A model generated the notes under the pieces. That model was not told the DNA's origin and ran no database searches. It worked only from the letters and a program-made list of their open reading frames with translations. The position numbers and the translations under genes were made by a program. Of a DNA stretch of 64,000 nt, positions 1-11,200 are shown one piece after another. How positions within the stretch are numbered: position 1 is the stretch's first letter; each line of letters opens with the position of its first letter. This DNA is from Bacteroidia bacterium. Its GTDB lineage: Bacteria; Bacteroidota; Bacteroidia; UKL13-3. The stretch spans positions 12,452 through 76,451 of the forward strand of contig JBILVK010000003.1 of the NCBI GenBank assembly GCA_044370475.1, read 5' to 3'.

Positions 1-3000
1 AGTTAGCCGGACTAGGAACACTGCTACCCAATTGTCCGGTTGCAAGTACCATAGTACCATTTGGACTAAACACCACTCCCGCAGGGAAAGTTACAGTATG
101 TTGTAAGGTAGTACCATCCCACTCTTCCATGGTATAACCAGCAATACTGCTATTTGGAACACCTGTTAACTCAACATAATCATCGGCTACTAAATAACTA
201 GGCCATCCACCTACAGGTGCACCTGTGGCCACTTTATAATGCGCTATTTCACTAAAGAAAACACCGCCATTTGGAAACATTGGCGAGAACGCCTCAAGAG
301 AAACAGTATCTGTATTACTAATTACCGTTCTGGTTTTTGGCAACACAGAAAGAATCGGTTTAACTTCAAATGGCACCAACATATTGAGTGAATCATTTGA
401 TAAAATGGAATTGATAGTTGAAGCTCTAATAAATGCACTTGCGCCATATATTCCAGGCTGCATCATGTTAACCGTATTTGCAAAAAAGGTACTGCTCGAA
501 CCAACGCCTAATACCCCAGAATTGATTTGAATGCTATCGGTTTGCGGCGATGAACCCGTTTTACTCCATACAATGGTAATTGGATCTACACTAAAATCAA
601 TGGACGCTCCAATAACATTTTGCAAAGTAACTTTAATGGTATCAGCGGTATTATAACACGGACTACTTTTCACTAATTCTACCTTACTAATTCCAATATC
701 ACCCGCCACTGCCACAAACTCTACAGAACCAACATCAGGCGTAGTTGCAGAACGAGCTGCTCCAAAAATATCAGTGGTTACAGAAGCTATTGGATTTCCA
801 ATATTGTCTACGTTGAAAGAAAGCGGACTAAAATTACCACCCGCTAAATTGATATAAACTGGGTTTGCATTAACTGAGTTCAAATCCCCACCAGAAGCAG
901 TTCTCCAATTTGCCAATGTAGTATTGTTTGCTCCCCAATAACCAACACTGTTGGTTCCTGCAGTAGCTCCCATATACAAATCATTGTAATCAGAGGTAAA
1001 AGAAGTAGAAACCGTTGTAACATAAATACAATGTTTGGTACCTGTTCCAGAGCCAGAAATACTAAATATATTGTTTTTCAAATCATGGTTATCTGGAGCT
1101 GTACTCGCAAATACACATCTAATGGTACCAGTTCCATTACTAACCAAAGCGATTGTATTGTGGTATATTTTTATATAGGTGCGCGCACCTAATAAATACA
1201 TACCGTAAATGGTTCCTGTAGTACTAATATTATATACCGAATTGTTTGTAAACTCAGTTTCAAATCCAGTAATATTTGCAGAAACACTCACATAAATTGG
1301 GTAAGCAGTATAACTTCCAACCCCAGCATCATGAACTTTATTGTTCCTAACTTTAATATTTCTTGAAGTGGTTAAATAGATTCCGTAAAATGTGCTTAAC
1401 ACCGGTCTATTCATTCTATGCACATCATTGTTTAATAAGTTAACAGAATCTGCATTAGAAAGGTAAATTCCATATAAGTAGAAATCACGTACCACATTGT
1501 TCTGAACCAAATGTCTGCTATTATTTAAATAAGAAGTATTACCCATTAAAGTAATTCCATAATACCCACCAATAACTTCATTGTTAGTTATAACAAGGTT
1601 TTGCGCATTGTTACCAGCCGTGGTGGCAGAAGAGGTAGAACCAGAAACAACTATTCCTGCATTGGTAGTTAAAGTTGAACTAGTGCCTACATCTATCTTA
1701 CAATTATTAATTGTAATGTTTTCAGATTGGTTGTTAATCAAAATTCCAAATCCACTGTAATTAGCGCCTGTTCCAACAATCCTTAAACTATCTAGGGTAA
1801 TGAATTTTGAACCCGAAAAAGATACTACTGGAGAAACAGCACTTGTAACAGTATTGCCATTTCCATTTATAGTAACCGTGTTTGTAGCAGATGCTCCTAA
1901 AATATTTCCAAATACCATATTTTCATTAAAAGTAGCTGCACCAGGTGCAATGTTTATGGTAACTGGACCCGTTAATCCAACGCAATTAACTTCAGATGTA
2001 AAGTAACTTAAAGAATGATAATTGGTAGAAGAAATAGGCAATGAAGGATTTACAGTATAAGTACCAGAAAGTGGCGTAGTACTTGTTGCCACATAGGTTG
2101 AAAGTGAAGTATCACTATTTACCGCATTACAAGTAACAATACACCTATACCAATTAGAGCTGCTTTGCACCTTAGAAATAACCCTAAAGGTATCTCCTGC
2201 CATATTGCTAAAAGAACCAGATAAACCAGTTGAAGAAGATTGCCATTGGTAGCTTAAACCAGCTCTTAACGAATCATTCTTCAAGGTTAAATTAAATGAT
2301 GTAGCTGAACAAGCATATAAAGTAGAGCTCGATGCCGCTCCAGAAACCGGGGTACCAGAACAAGGCACTGTGGTAAATTCAACAGCCCCCATATCAGGTG
2401 TGGTAGCCGATCTTGTAGCTCCATTGATATCTGTAGTTACACCCAATGGCGTTCCTAAATTATCCATGGCAGATGAACTAGGAGTAATATTCCCTGCAGT
2501 TAAATTCCCATAAAGAGGAGCTGTGCTCACCGAATTAGCATCTTTTCCAGAAGCGGTAATCCAATTTGCCAAGGTTAAATTATTAGCTCCCCAGTAACCA
2601 ACATTGTTGGTTCCTGCCGAAGCTCCCATATGGAAATTATTAAAATTAGAAGTAAAGGTTGTAGAGGTAGTTGTTATATAAATATTGAATTTAGCGCCTG
2701 TTCCCGTTCCAGATATGCTAAAAATATTGTTCTTTAAATCATGATTATCTGGTGCGGTACTTGCAAAAAAGCAACGAACCGCTCCTGTACCATTGGTTAC
2801 TAATGCAACCGTATTGTGATACACTTTCATATTGGTTCTTGCACCCAAGAAATACATTCCATAAATGGTACCTGTTGAATTAATATTATAAATAGCATTA
2901 TTAATAAACTCAGTTTCATATCCAACCGAATTAGCCGAAACTGTTACATATACAGGATAAGCTGTATAAGAACCTGTTCCTGCATCATGTATTCTATTGT

Positions 3001-4609
3001 TCCTAACTTTTATGTTTCTGCTGGTTCCTAAATAAATACCATAAAAGGTACTTATTGTTCCCCTATTCAACCTATGTATATCATTGTTTGCAACCAGCGC
3101 AGTATCTGCATTCACTAAATAAATACCATATAAATAGAAATCCCTTACAATATTATTTTGAATAATATGTCCGGTATTATTTAAATATGATGCAACTCCA
3201 AGAGCTGTAATTCCATAATATCCTCCTACTACCTCATTATCGGTTATAATTATGTTTATGGCATTACTCCCGGCTGTAGTTGGTGAGGTAACCGACCCCG
3301 AAATCACAATACCAGCATTGCTAGTGGCTGTGGCTGTTGACCCTACATCCACCTTATTTTTCCTTATGATAATATTCTGAGCCTGATTGCTAATATAAAT
3401 CCCAAAACCACTTAAGGTAGTTCCTGTTGCAACAATATTAAAACTGTCTAATATAAAATGCTTCGTTCCCAAAAAGGAAATTATTGGTGATAATGGTGTT
3501 GCTATCGTATTTCCATTACCATTCAATGTCACGGTATTGGTAGCAGAGGTACCAGGTATGTTTCCAAATGTTAATTGCTCATTATAGGGATTCGCGCCGC
3601 TCACCACATTTATGGTAACCGGACCACTTACTCCCACACAACTCAATTCGGTTGATAAGGCATTTAAACTCCAATAATTGGTTGAGGATTGCGGCGAGGC
3701 CGGATCAACTGTATATATTCCAGACAAAGGTGCTGTACTCGTTGCAACAAATACAGCGGTAGAGGTATCAGAATTAGTTCCATTGCATGTCACCAAACAC
3801 CTATACCAAGTACTTACAGATTGAGTATCTATAGTGCTTCTATTTGTATCATTAACAATTATTGAATAAGGTCCATTTGCAGAAAAGGTAGAACGCAACC
3901 ACTGATAGGTAATTCCAGTTCTGATAGAATCATTCGCTAAACTTAAACCAATATTTTGTCCGGCACATGCATAACTTAAATTTGCAACCGCATTACCCGC
4001 TGTAGGTGTTCCACTACATGCAATGGCAGGTGCAAAAACTATTTGGCCAATCCATCCCCTAGGTGTAATCGTTGGGGCAACAGGCGGAATACCCGTGCCA
4101 CCATAACCAATACTGGTTCCTGTTATAAGGTTTACACCAGATTGAGAAACCGTTGTGGTTCCTGCAGATAAAGTAAAATATCTTTGGTTCAATGCATAAA
4201 CCAATATGCCATAGGTGGTATTTGCAGGAACAATAAAACTTAAACCACTCAGCAAAGTTTGTGTGGTGGTGGTAGTAGTATTTCCTGTAGCACTTACCGA
4301 CCCAGAGGCAACTAAATTCCAGCCATTGGCCGAAGTTATGGTAGATGGTGCACCACTCACAGGTGTTGTATTGTAATACATAGAAACAGGAGAAGTTCCT
4401 GTTGTTCCTATCACACCTCTTATCTCAGAAATAATAATTGGATAACTATTGGTGTTTTGTAAGTTAAAAGTAACCCCTCCAGAACCATTATTATTCAAAA
4501 ACGTTGATGTGGTGCTCAAAGTCTGCGCTTGCGCAAAAAAGCCTCCAAATAGTACAAGGAAAAACAGCAAACTGATTTGCCATCTTTTTGTCTGTGTAGA
4601 TATATGCAT
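1..4609 (-). CDS. Large secreted right-handed parallel beta-helix repeat protein (N-terminal ~1536 aa; C-terminus beyond window start). It contains two ~550-aa tandem internal repeats.
   Basis: Minus-strand frame is open across the region (only short antisense ORFs in the track). My translation from the ATG at 4609 gives MHISTQTKRWQISLLFFLVLFGGFFAQAQT (signal peptide, AQA cleavage site), then beta-helix-like repeats (NNIVRDFYLYGIYL, GGYYGITALG, NNIFSISGTGTG). The DNA shows a ~1660-bp internal duplication. Confidence 0.7.
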   Translation of the reverse strand, partial: MHISTQTKRWQISLLFFLVLFGGFFAQAQTLSTTSTFLNNNGSGGVTFNLQNTNSYPIIISEIRGVIGTTGTSPVSMYYNTTPVSGAPSTITSANGWNLVASGSVSATGNTTTTTTQTLLSGLSFIVPANTTYGILVYALNQRYFTLSAGTTTVSQSGVNLITGTSIGYGGTGIPPVAPTITPRGWIGQIVFAPAIACSGTPTAGNAVANLSYACAGQNIGLSLANDSIRTGITYQWLRSTFSANGPYSIIVNDTNRSTIDTQSVSTWYRCLVTCNGTNSDTSTAVFVATSTAPLSGIYTVDPASPQSSTNYWSLNALSTELSCVGVSGPVTINVVSGANPYNEQLTFGNIPGTSATNTVTLNGNGNTIATPLSPIISFLGTKHFILDSFNIVATGTTLSGFGIYISNQAQNIIIRKNKVDVGSTATATSNAGIVISGSVTSPTTAGSNAINIIITDNEVVGGYYGITALGVASYLNNTGHIIQNNIVRDFYLYGIYLVNADTALVANNDIHRLNRGTISTFYGIYLGTSRNIKVRNNRIHDAGTGSYTAYPVYVTVSANSVGYETEFINNAIYNINSTGTIYGMYFLGARTNMKVYHNTVALVTNGTGAVRCFFASTAPDNHDLKNNIFSISGTGTGAKFNIYITTTSTTFTSNFNNFHMGASAGTNNVGYWGANNLTLANWITASGKDANSVSTAPLYGNLTAGNITPSSSAMDNLGTPLGVTTDINGATRSATTPDMGAVEFTTVPCSGTPVSGAASSSTLYACSATSFNLTLKNDSLRAGLSYQWQSSSTGLSGSFSNMAGDTFRVISKVQSSSNWYRCIVTCNAVNSDTSLSTYVATSTTPLSGTYTVNPSLPISSTNYHSLSYFTSEVNCVGLTGPVTINIAPGAATFNENMVFGNILGASATNTVTINGNGNTVTSAVSPVVSFSGSKFITLDSLRIVGTGANYSGFGILINNQSENITINNCKIDVGTSSTLTTNAGIVVSGSTSSATTAGNNAQNLVITNNEVIGGYYGITLMGNTSYLNNSRHLVQNNVVRDFYLYGIYLSNADSVNLLNNDVHRMNRPVLSTFYGIYLTTSRNIKVRNNKVHDAGVGSYTAYPIYVSVSANITGFETEFTNNSVYNISTTGTIYGMYLLGARTYIKIYHNTIALVSNGTGTIRCVFASTAPDNHDLKNNIFSISGSGTGTKHCIYVTTVSTSFTSDYNDLYMGATAGTNSVGYWGANNTTLANWRTASGGDLNSVNANPVYINLAGGNFSPLSFNVDNIGNPIASVTTDIFGAARSATTPDVGSVEFVAVAGDIGISKVELVKSSPCYNTADTIKVTLQNVIGASIDFSVDPITIVWSKTGSSPQTDSIQINSGVLGVGSSSTFFANTVNMMQPGIYGASAFIRASTINSILSNDSLNMLVPFEVKPILSVLPKTRTVISNTDTVSLEAFSPMFPNGGVFFSEIAHYKVATGAPVGGWPSYLVADDYVELTGVPNSSIAGYTMEEWDGTTLQHTVTFPAGVVFSPNGTMVLATGQLGSSVPSPAN

Positions 4610-4699
4610 AATTTGTATAATTATTTTAATACAAATTTAGGAGAATTATAAGTCAATACATGTAATTCTCTTGTAAAAATACATCAAAGGTAGAATTAC

Positions 4700-5008
4700 C
4701 TATTCCAACCTAAAACTTAGGCCCTTTTCAGCCAGAAATTTATGCAATTTGGGCATACTACTTTTACCCATTCCATGAAAGCTCAACACCTCTTTTTCGC
4801 TATATTCTGCCAATTGCGCCAAGCTTTGTATGCCATTATTCTCCAAAGCACGCCTAGCAGGGGCAGCTAGGTCAGCCAAAAAACCATTCTCAGGTCTTTC
4901 ATTTAAATCACAAATGGGACAAACCAAACAATCAGAACTCTTATAAAATCGGTGTCCCTTTTCACAAATTTTCAAGTGTTTTTTTGTTTCCATATCCTTT
5001 GCATTCAT
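4700..5008 (-). CDS. Small hypothetical protein with a CxxC...CxxC zinc ribbon and a C-terminal helix-hairpin-helix segment that resembles RNA polymerase alpha CTD.
   Basis: ORF of 102 aa. Motifs CEKGH...CLVCPIC and HGMGKSSMPKLHKFLAEKGLSF. No confident family assignment. Confidence 0.4.
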   Translation of the reverse strand: MNAKDMETKKHLKICEKGHRFYKSSDCLVCPICDLNERPENGFLADLAAPARRALENNGIQSLAQLAEYSEKEVLSFHGMGKSSMPKLHKFLAEKGLSFRLE

Positions 5009-5063
5009 GCTTTTTTATTTCGGTTTGAACCAATACAACAAGTGTAATAAATTTAGTCCTAAA

Positions 5064-5681
5064 TTAGAATATTCTTGGCCAAAACATAGGCACATTCATT
5101 TGATAGTTTTGATAAGCACTGCCAAATTGTTTAAGCAATTTTTTCTCTTCCCATCTTGCCCCAACATATAAATATACGCAGCCAATAAAGCTAAAGATAA
5201 AACTTCCCCAGCAAGGTTTATACATTAAATAACCAAACAATAAAAGATAGCTCGCGGTATACAATGGGTGTCGCATCAATTGGTTCAGACCGTTAATTTT
5301 TAACTCCTCCGAAATGGCCGCATTAAACGTTTTATTGCGCCATTGCATCAATCCCAAAAACTCGCTCATTTGATAATTTCTAAAACTTAAATAAGCCATT
5401 ACCAAACCCAATATCATAAGCACCAAGCCCAATATAAACAATACCTGCGAGCTATACCACCTTTCTTCTTCTATTTCGGTTTGAACCCAAACAGCCATGA
5501 AAAATAAAAGCAACGAAACGCCATTATACATAAACCGATAATAAGGCACACTCCCTTTTGCATGCTGGCTAACCCAATCCTTTGCCCGCGTAGATGCCAT
5601 AGCACTGTGCACGCCATAAAACAATAGCCAATGGATGATTAAATGAAGGTATGGATTCATTATTTTTATACTATGGACCAT
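5064..5681 (-). CDS. Membrane methyltransferase of the isoprenylcysteine carboxyl methyltransferase / PEMT / NnrU-like family.
   Basis: 205 aa, multiple predicted TM segments. Contains the C-terminal motif MRHPLYTASYLLLFG...GARWEEKKLLKQFGSAYQNYQMNVP typical of the ICMT/PEMT family. The start may instead be M8 (MNPY). Confidence 0.65.
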   Translation of the reverse strand: MVHSIKIMNPYLHLIIHWLLFYGVHSAMASTRAKDWVSQHAKGSVPYYRFMYNGVSLLLFFMAVWVQTEIEEERWYSSQVLFILGLVLMILGLVMAYLSFRNYQMSEFLGLMQWRNKTFNAAISEELKINGLNQLMRHPLYTASYLLLFGYLMYKPCWGSFIFSFIGCVYLYVGARWEEKKLLKQFGSAYQNYQMNVPMFWPRIF

Positions 5682-5712
5682 GGTCTATGGTCTATGGACG
5701 ACTTCTCATCAA

Positions 5713-6543
5713 CTAAATCACCACCTGCTCCAACAACCTAATTCCCTTCTCTGTCTGCTGCACCGTGCAAGCTGCGTGAAATGGGTCATGCTCAAAAAAC
5801 AAAATATCACCACGCTCAGCAGCAGTTGCTAAAATCGCACTCTTCTCCTGCATGGTGTCGAGCGGACGAACATCATAACCCATCACATAAGCCGTAGGAA
5901 TATGCGCTTGTGTTGGAATAACGTCTGCCAAATATACCACACGCTTTCCTTGATAAGGAATAATGGGATGAATCATTTGATTGGTATGGCCTTTAGAATA
6001 AATCAAATCAATCTCTGGATGAAACAACTCCCCTTCCTTCAATAATTTTAACTGTCCGCTCTCTTGTATTGGCAAAATATTGTCGCGCAAGAAACTCGCC
6101 TTCTCACGTGCATTGGGCTTCTGACTCTCATTCCAATGCGCCTCAGCAACCCAATAGGTAGCATTGGGAAAGGCCGTTTGAAAAGCTGTCCTATCCTTAT
6201 TCCACTCAATACTTCCGCCACAATGATCAAAATGCAAATGGGTTAAAACCATATCGGTAATATCTGCCTTGGTAAAGCCATGTTTGTTCAACGATTTCTC
6301 CAAACTATCATCGCCATGCAAAAAGTAAAATCCTAAAAATTTATCATCCTGCTTATTGCCAATACCATTGTCTATTAAGATTAATCTTTTTCCGTCCTGA
6401 ACCAACAAACAACGCATGGCCAAACGAATCATATTGTTCTCATCTGCAGGATTGGCCTTGTTCCAAATGCTCTTAGGAACCACGCCAAACATGGCTCCAC
6501 CATCCAACTTAAAATACCCCGTATCTATTGTAAATAATTCCAT
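5713..6543 (-). CDS. MBL-fold metallo-hydrolase (lactonase-like).
   Basis: 276 aa with the THLHFDHCGG (HxHxDH) metal-binding motif and downstream His/Asp residues. Confidence 0.8.
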   Translation of the reverse strand: MELFTIDTGYFKLDGGAMFGVVPKSIWNKANPADENNMIRLAMRCLLVQDGKRLILIDNGIGNKQDDKFLGFYFLHGDDSLEKSLNKHGFTKADITDMVLTHLHFDHCGGSIEWNKDRTAFQTAFPNATYWVAEAHWNESQKPNAREKASFLRDNILPIQESGQLKLLKEGELFHPEIDLIYSKGHTNQMIHPIIPYQGKRVVYLADVIPTQAHIPTAYVMGYDVRPLDTMQEKSAILATAAERGDILFFEHDPFHAACTVQQTEKGIRLLEQVVI

Positions 6544-6589
6544 GGAACAAGTTTAATAAAAAAATCAATCTGCCAAACTATAAAATTTT

Positions 6590-6940
6590 TGCTGGGACTT
6601 ACATTGCCTTTGGCCATTTTGTAAAAGTTCGGATTACAAATCCGAACTAGCACTGTTTTGTTTAATTAGCTGGAATGGTTAGCTGGGTTCGGATTACAAA
6701 TCCGAACTAGCCACTGTTTTGGTAGCTGGAAAGGATTTGTAATCCTTTCCTTAATTAACTCGCTTGCATAAAAATAGCTGGAAAGGATTTGCAATCCTTT
6801 CCTTAATCAACTCGCTTGCATAAAAATAGCTGGAAAGGATTTGTAATCCTTTCCTTAATTAACTCGCTTGCATAAAAATAGCTGGAAAGGATTTGCAATC
6901 CTTTCCTTAATCAACTCGCCTGCATAAAAACTAATCAACA
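6590..6940. repeat. Intergenic tandem repeat array. It has two ~57-bp units carrying the GTTCGGATTACAAATCCGAAC hairpin and four 60-bp units carrying the GGAAAGGATTTG(T/C)AATCCTTTCC hairpin.
   Basis: The periodicity and perfect palindromes were read directly from the sequence. The TGT and TGC loops alternate. Confidence 0.85.
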
Positions 6941-6941
6941 A

Positions 6942-7625
6942 CTACTTTTCCTTATTAAACATCTTACTCATACTATCAAACAAGATGCTAACATTAAAAT
7001 ATACCGCCTCTATACCTTCGTCGTTTTTCTTCACTTTTAATCGATCACATTGCATAGCAGTTAAACTTTGCATACCTGCAGATTCTAAATCCATCCAATT
7101 CAACATTGTATATTCATTACCTACATTAATCACCCAAAAGGCGGTTTCCTCCGTTTTACCATCACCCGTAGAATAAATCGTTTCCATAATTCCCCTAAAC
7201 ATCGCTATCGCATTTCTCCGCTCTGCATCCCTATCCAACATTTTATATGCGTAGGCAAGGTAAAGCCAATTGTCAACATCAAAGGGCATTTCCTTCAGCA
7301 CTTTCTCACTTAAGGTAATAATCTTCTCCAAGTCCTTTTCACTGTGCTTCTCTTTACTGTTTAAAATTTCCTTCAATTTTTTATCATCTCCACTTCCGTA
7401 CGGACTGTATTTTTCTTGCACTGCCCCACCATAATACAAATAGAAAAAATCATCTTCTAGCAGCATAGTATCTTTTTTTAAATACCTATTCATCAAACCC
7501 GAATAGTTATATTTTGCGCTATCTGCTAGCACCAGTTTAACTTCCTTTAAGTTTACTTTCCTAAAGGAATCCTGTCCAAAACATAAGCTTGGCAACAAAA
7601 AAAGTAGGCTAATTAATTTCATCAT
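6942..7625 (-). CDS. Hypothetical secreted protein (possibly DUF4919-like).
   Basis: 227 aa with the N-terminal signal peptide MMKLISLLFLLPSLCFGQ. Confidence 0.5.
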   Translation of the reverse strand: MMKLISLLFLLPSLCFGQDSFRKVNLKEVKLVLADSAKYNYSGLMNRYLKKDTMLLEDDFFYLYYGGAVQEKYSPYGSGDDKKLKEILNSKEKHSEKDLEKIITLSEKVLKEMPFDVDNWLYLAYAYKMLDRDAERRNAIAMFRGIMETIYSTGDGKTEETAFWVINVGNEYTMLNWMDLESAGMQSLTAMQCDRLKVKKNDEGIEAVYFNVSILFDSMSKMFNKEK

Positions 7626-7697
7626 ATAAAATTATAAAAAAGCAGGTTCGAACCAACAATTTTTATCAAAAAATCTTAAAAAAATGCAACTCAAAAA

Positions 7698-8141
7698 TCA
7701 ATTGAGTGCAAACCTAATTGGCAAAGTAAACTTTACCGTAACTGGCTTTCCATTTATCATACCTGGATTCCATCTAGGCATTGCCTTCACAACCCTAATA
7801 GCCTCCTCCTCTATTCCATAACCAATTGGCTCATTAACTGACATTATATCTGTAATTTCACCCGATTGAGTTACAACAAAATTCAACACAACCTTACCTT
7901 GCTTTTTCTTCTTTCTTGCCTCCATAGGGTATACAACATTACTACTTAGGTATTCATACATTTTGTCTACCCCACCTGGAAAGTCAGGCATTTGTTCAGT
8001 TTGATAGGGGATATCATTTGCTTTTGACCCTTTCACAGAAGAAGCAGAATCTTTTTTTTCTGAAACTTGTGCAACTGCATCAAAACCAAGAAATCCAAAA
8101 GCAAATAGAACCAAAAACTTAAAGTAGATTGTATTTTTCAT
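7698..8141 (-). CDS. TonB C-terminal domain protein (short energy-transducer TonB paralog).
   Basis: C-terminal MPDFPGGVDKMYEYLSSNVVYP...GKPVTVKFTLPIRFALN matches the TonB C-terminal domain. The track ORF extends to 8207, but the signal-peptide start MKNTIYFKFLVLFAF at 8141 is more plausible. Confidence 0.6.
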   Translation of the reverse strand: MKNTIYFKFLVLFAFGFLGFDAVAQVSEKKDSASSVKGSKANDIPYQTEQMPDFPGGVDKMYEYLSSNVVYPMEARKKKKQGKVVLNFVVTQSGEITDIMSVNEPIGYGIEEEAIRVVKAMPRWNPGMINGKPVTVKFTLPIRFALN

Positions 8142-8224
8142 AGTAAACAATAATAAATAAAATATAGGAAAAATAGATGGAATTCCAGTTAATGTTAAAT
8201 TCACCATTCTGGTAAAATTTAATA

Positions 8225-11200
8225 TTAACGAAGCAAGGTAACATTACCTTTTAGCGTTGCAAATTTACCTTTACGACCATACCCTGTGGCAACAAATACA
8301 TAAACATCTGAGGGCGCGGGAGCGCCATTAAACGTGCCATCCCAAGCGGCATACAAGTCAGTGGTTTCATAAACCGTTTCGCCCCACCTATTGTAAATGC
8401 GCAACTCAAAACTCTTGATAAAAACACCTTGTATCAAAAAACCATCATTCAGCAAATCTCCATTGCAGGTAAAGGCATTGGGTGCATACAACCTCGGCGC
8501 GGTATTCATGCAAGCGAGGTTCGACCAACTTTCAACCCAATTGCTGTCTTTCTGATAAGCCACCACCTGATAACAATAATCATCTTGATTAAAACTCAAA
8601 TAATTGTGCTTCACCGCAAAGGTATCTCCCATCATTTTTGTGGCTATCAATTGGTCAATTCCCAAACTATCATTCCTAAAAAATAACTCATACAGCTCCA
8701 CCCCAGAAGCCCATTCCTTGTAGGGATTCCAGCTCAACACAGGATCTGCCACCAACTTATCATTCTTCTCCATATCTATTTGCAACAACAAACTTTTAGC
8801 CATATTAGAGGGTTCTCCTAAACCACCACAAGCGTCTTCAATAAATACCAAATATTCATATGCGTAATTTTGTACATCCACGTCTGCATCCAAAAATGCA
8901 GTTTCGGTCTGATCCAAAACAATGCGCTTGAACATGCGATTAGGATCTAAACTCCTCTTTTCTATCACAAACTTATACGGAAATTTATGATTCCTCTTTT
9001 GCCATTGAACCAATACCTGCCTATTGTTTTCTACTGTAGCTCTCACCGTTCTGGTATGCGGTGTATTAGCCAAAAATAGTGGTATGGCCGCTGCAGTATC
9101 ACTCATAGAAACTTGTCCACCATAACTAGCCATTACCTTATAAAAAGTGAGCTTATGACAATACACCAAACTATCTACATAAGCTAAATTTGAACCAGGA
9201 ACTTCGCCAATCTTCTCAAATAAGTTCAGCTGCTCATTCAACCTATAAACCACATAAGTATTCACAGAATCCCAGCCCACATAAGGCGTCCAGTTCAGCT
9301 GTACCGCGTTCACCACACCATTTGCCTTAAGCTCAACTGTGGTATGTCTACGACTTGGTTCAGACCGATTATTACATACATCTACAGCCTGCATTTCATA
9401 AGAATAGTTATAGAAGCGTGTACTTAAATTGTTAAAATATTGAAAGGTATCGTTCAAGTTATTTACCGGCCTTTGTTGGCCAAAACTCACCCCATTCCAA
9501 TTGTAATGGATAAGGTAATAATCAAAATCTACCTCCGTATTTGATGGAAAGGAAAAGGATACCATCTCATCGGTTTCTACACTTGCTCTATAGGCAGTAG
9601 GCTTTTGGGGCGGAATAGTATCTTTAAAAACACTCACTGCTACAGAATCTATTTTTTGCCCCACACATCCTTGGTCGTCAATAACCTTAAACATCACTGG
9701 AATATTGCCCAAACGATTGCATAAGTAGGTGTGCGGACCAATTGAATAATGCAAAACTCCATCTATATTCCATACATGATAATTAACCGGAAATGGGTGT
9801 ACAACATCTCCCGTAAGTGTTATGCTTGCCCCCAAACATGCCTTCTTTTTACTGGCAAAAAAATCTACTTGTGGATTGGGAAAAACAGAAATCGAATCAA
9901 TAGGAGGCAATCCAACTTTACATCCTGCCGAATCAGTTAACGTTAAGTTTGGAATATACCTACCTGCTTGGGTATAGGTGTGTTTTGTATTGGCATTGGT
10001 ATCTATGGTTCCATCTCCCATATCCCATTCAAACTTTATAACATTGGTGGCAGTAGCACTAAAATCAACGGTTAAGGGTACACAACCATAATTGGGTGCA
10101 AGTGTAAAATTACCTTGTGGACCACCAATAACAATCATATCGGGAATGCTTTTAAATGAGGTGCATCCTATACTATCTGTAAGGGTAAGCTTAACAGAAT
10201 AAGACCCAGGCAAAAGATAAATACGGGTGGGATTTTGCAAACTTGATTGTCCGCCATCGCCAAACTCCCAATACCAATTCTTGATGGGTGTAGTGCCTGC
10301 TTTTGAATAATCGGTAAAATAAATTGGTGGTCCCGGACAGTTGATTTTCTTTGGGTTCGCATCAAAATCTACTTTAGGCGGACCCGTTACAATATGAAAA
10401 GTTTGGGCAAAAGAATCCTTGCAATTATAGGCATCCGTTGCTATCAATTTCACTAAAATGGAGGTATCTGCGCTATACACTTTTTTAAGGGTGCGGGCAG
10501 TAGAAATATGATTATCTATATTCCAAGTATAGTTCATTGGAGTTAATCCTACCAAATCATCAGCAATGGGCGTAAAGACAAATGTATCTGCTATACAATT
10601 CTTTTCTTGTTTAAAGGTAAACAGTGGCTTTGGTTTAGATATAAACAGTTTTCTATTTAATGAAAACCTGCATCCCATGCTATCCTCCACCACCAATTTC
10701 AAAGTAAATCCACTGTTCTGATAGGCAGGTGGAAGTTGATAAATATACCTAGAATAAATTGAATCGGGGTGCCCATAAACTGTTGAATCTCCTGTCCCCC
10801 AATACCATATTCTTTTGCGTATCGGTAAGTCGGTTCTAGATGAATCAACCACCTGCATGAGCATGGGCGCACAACCAAAAAAGGAACTTGCATTTAACTT
10901 CACTTGGCCTCCACTTACCAAAATAGAATCGGTTTTAAGTAAAGTGTACGAACACCCATTTTTATCCCTAATATTCATGGTAACAGAATACTTTCCAGGA
11001 TTAACCAAAAGCGCATTTACTTTATTTCCAGTATAGGTATTTCCACCTACCGTAAATTCACAAAATACAAAATCTGATGCAGGCTGTGTGGTATTGGTTA
11101 AGGTTAAGGTATGCGGCATACAAGCAACCTTTTCCGACATAGTAAAACTAGGTTTTATACCCGTTTGTATGTTTACACTTAAGGAGTGAACAGAGCTACA

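Noticed and set aside
6048-6246. Overlapping 60-aa ORFs on both strands inside the MBL hydrolase gene.
   Set aside because: They are embedded in, and antisense or out of frame to, a well-supported CDS. Low-complexity translations.
7645-7654. GGTTCGAACC copies as possible tRNA T-arm fragments (GGTTCGAATCC-like).
   Set aside because: No flanking acceptor, anticodon or D-arm structure. The sequence is a perfect palindrome that recurs in and between genes, so it fits a dispersed motif better than tRNA remnants.
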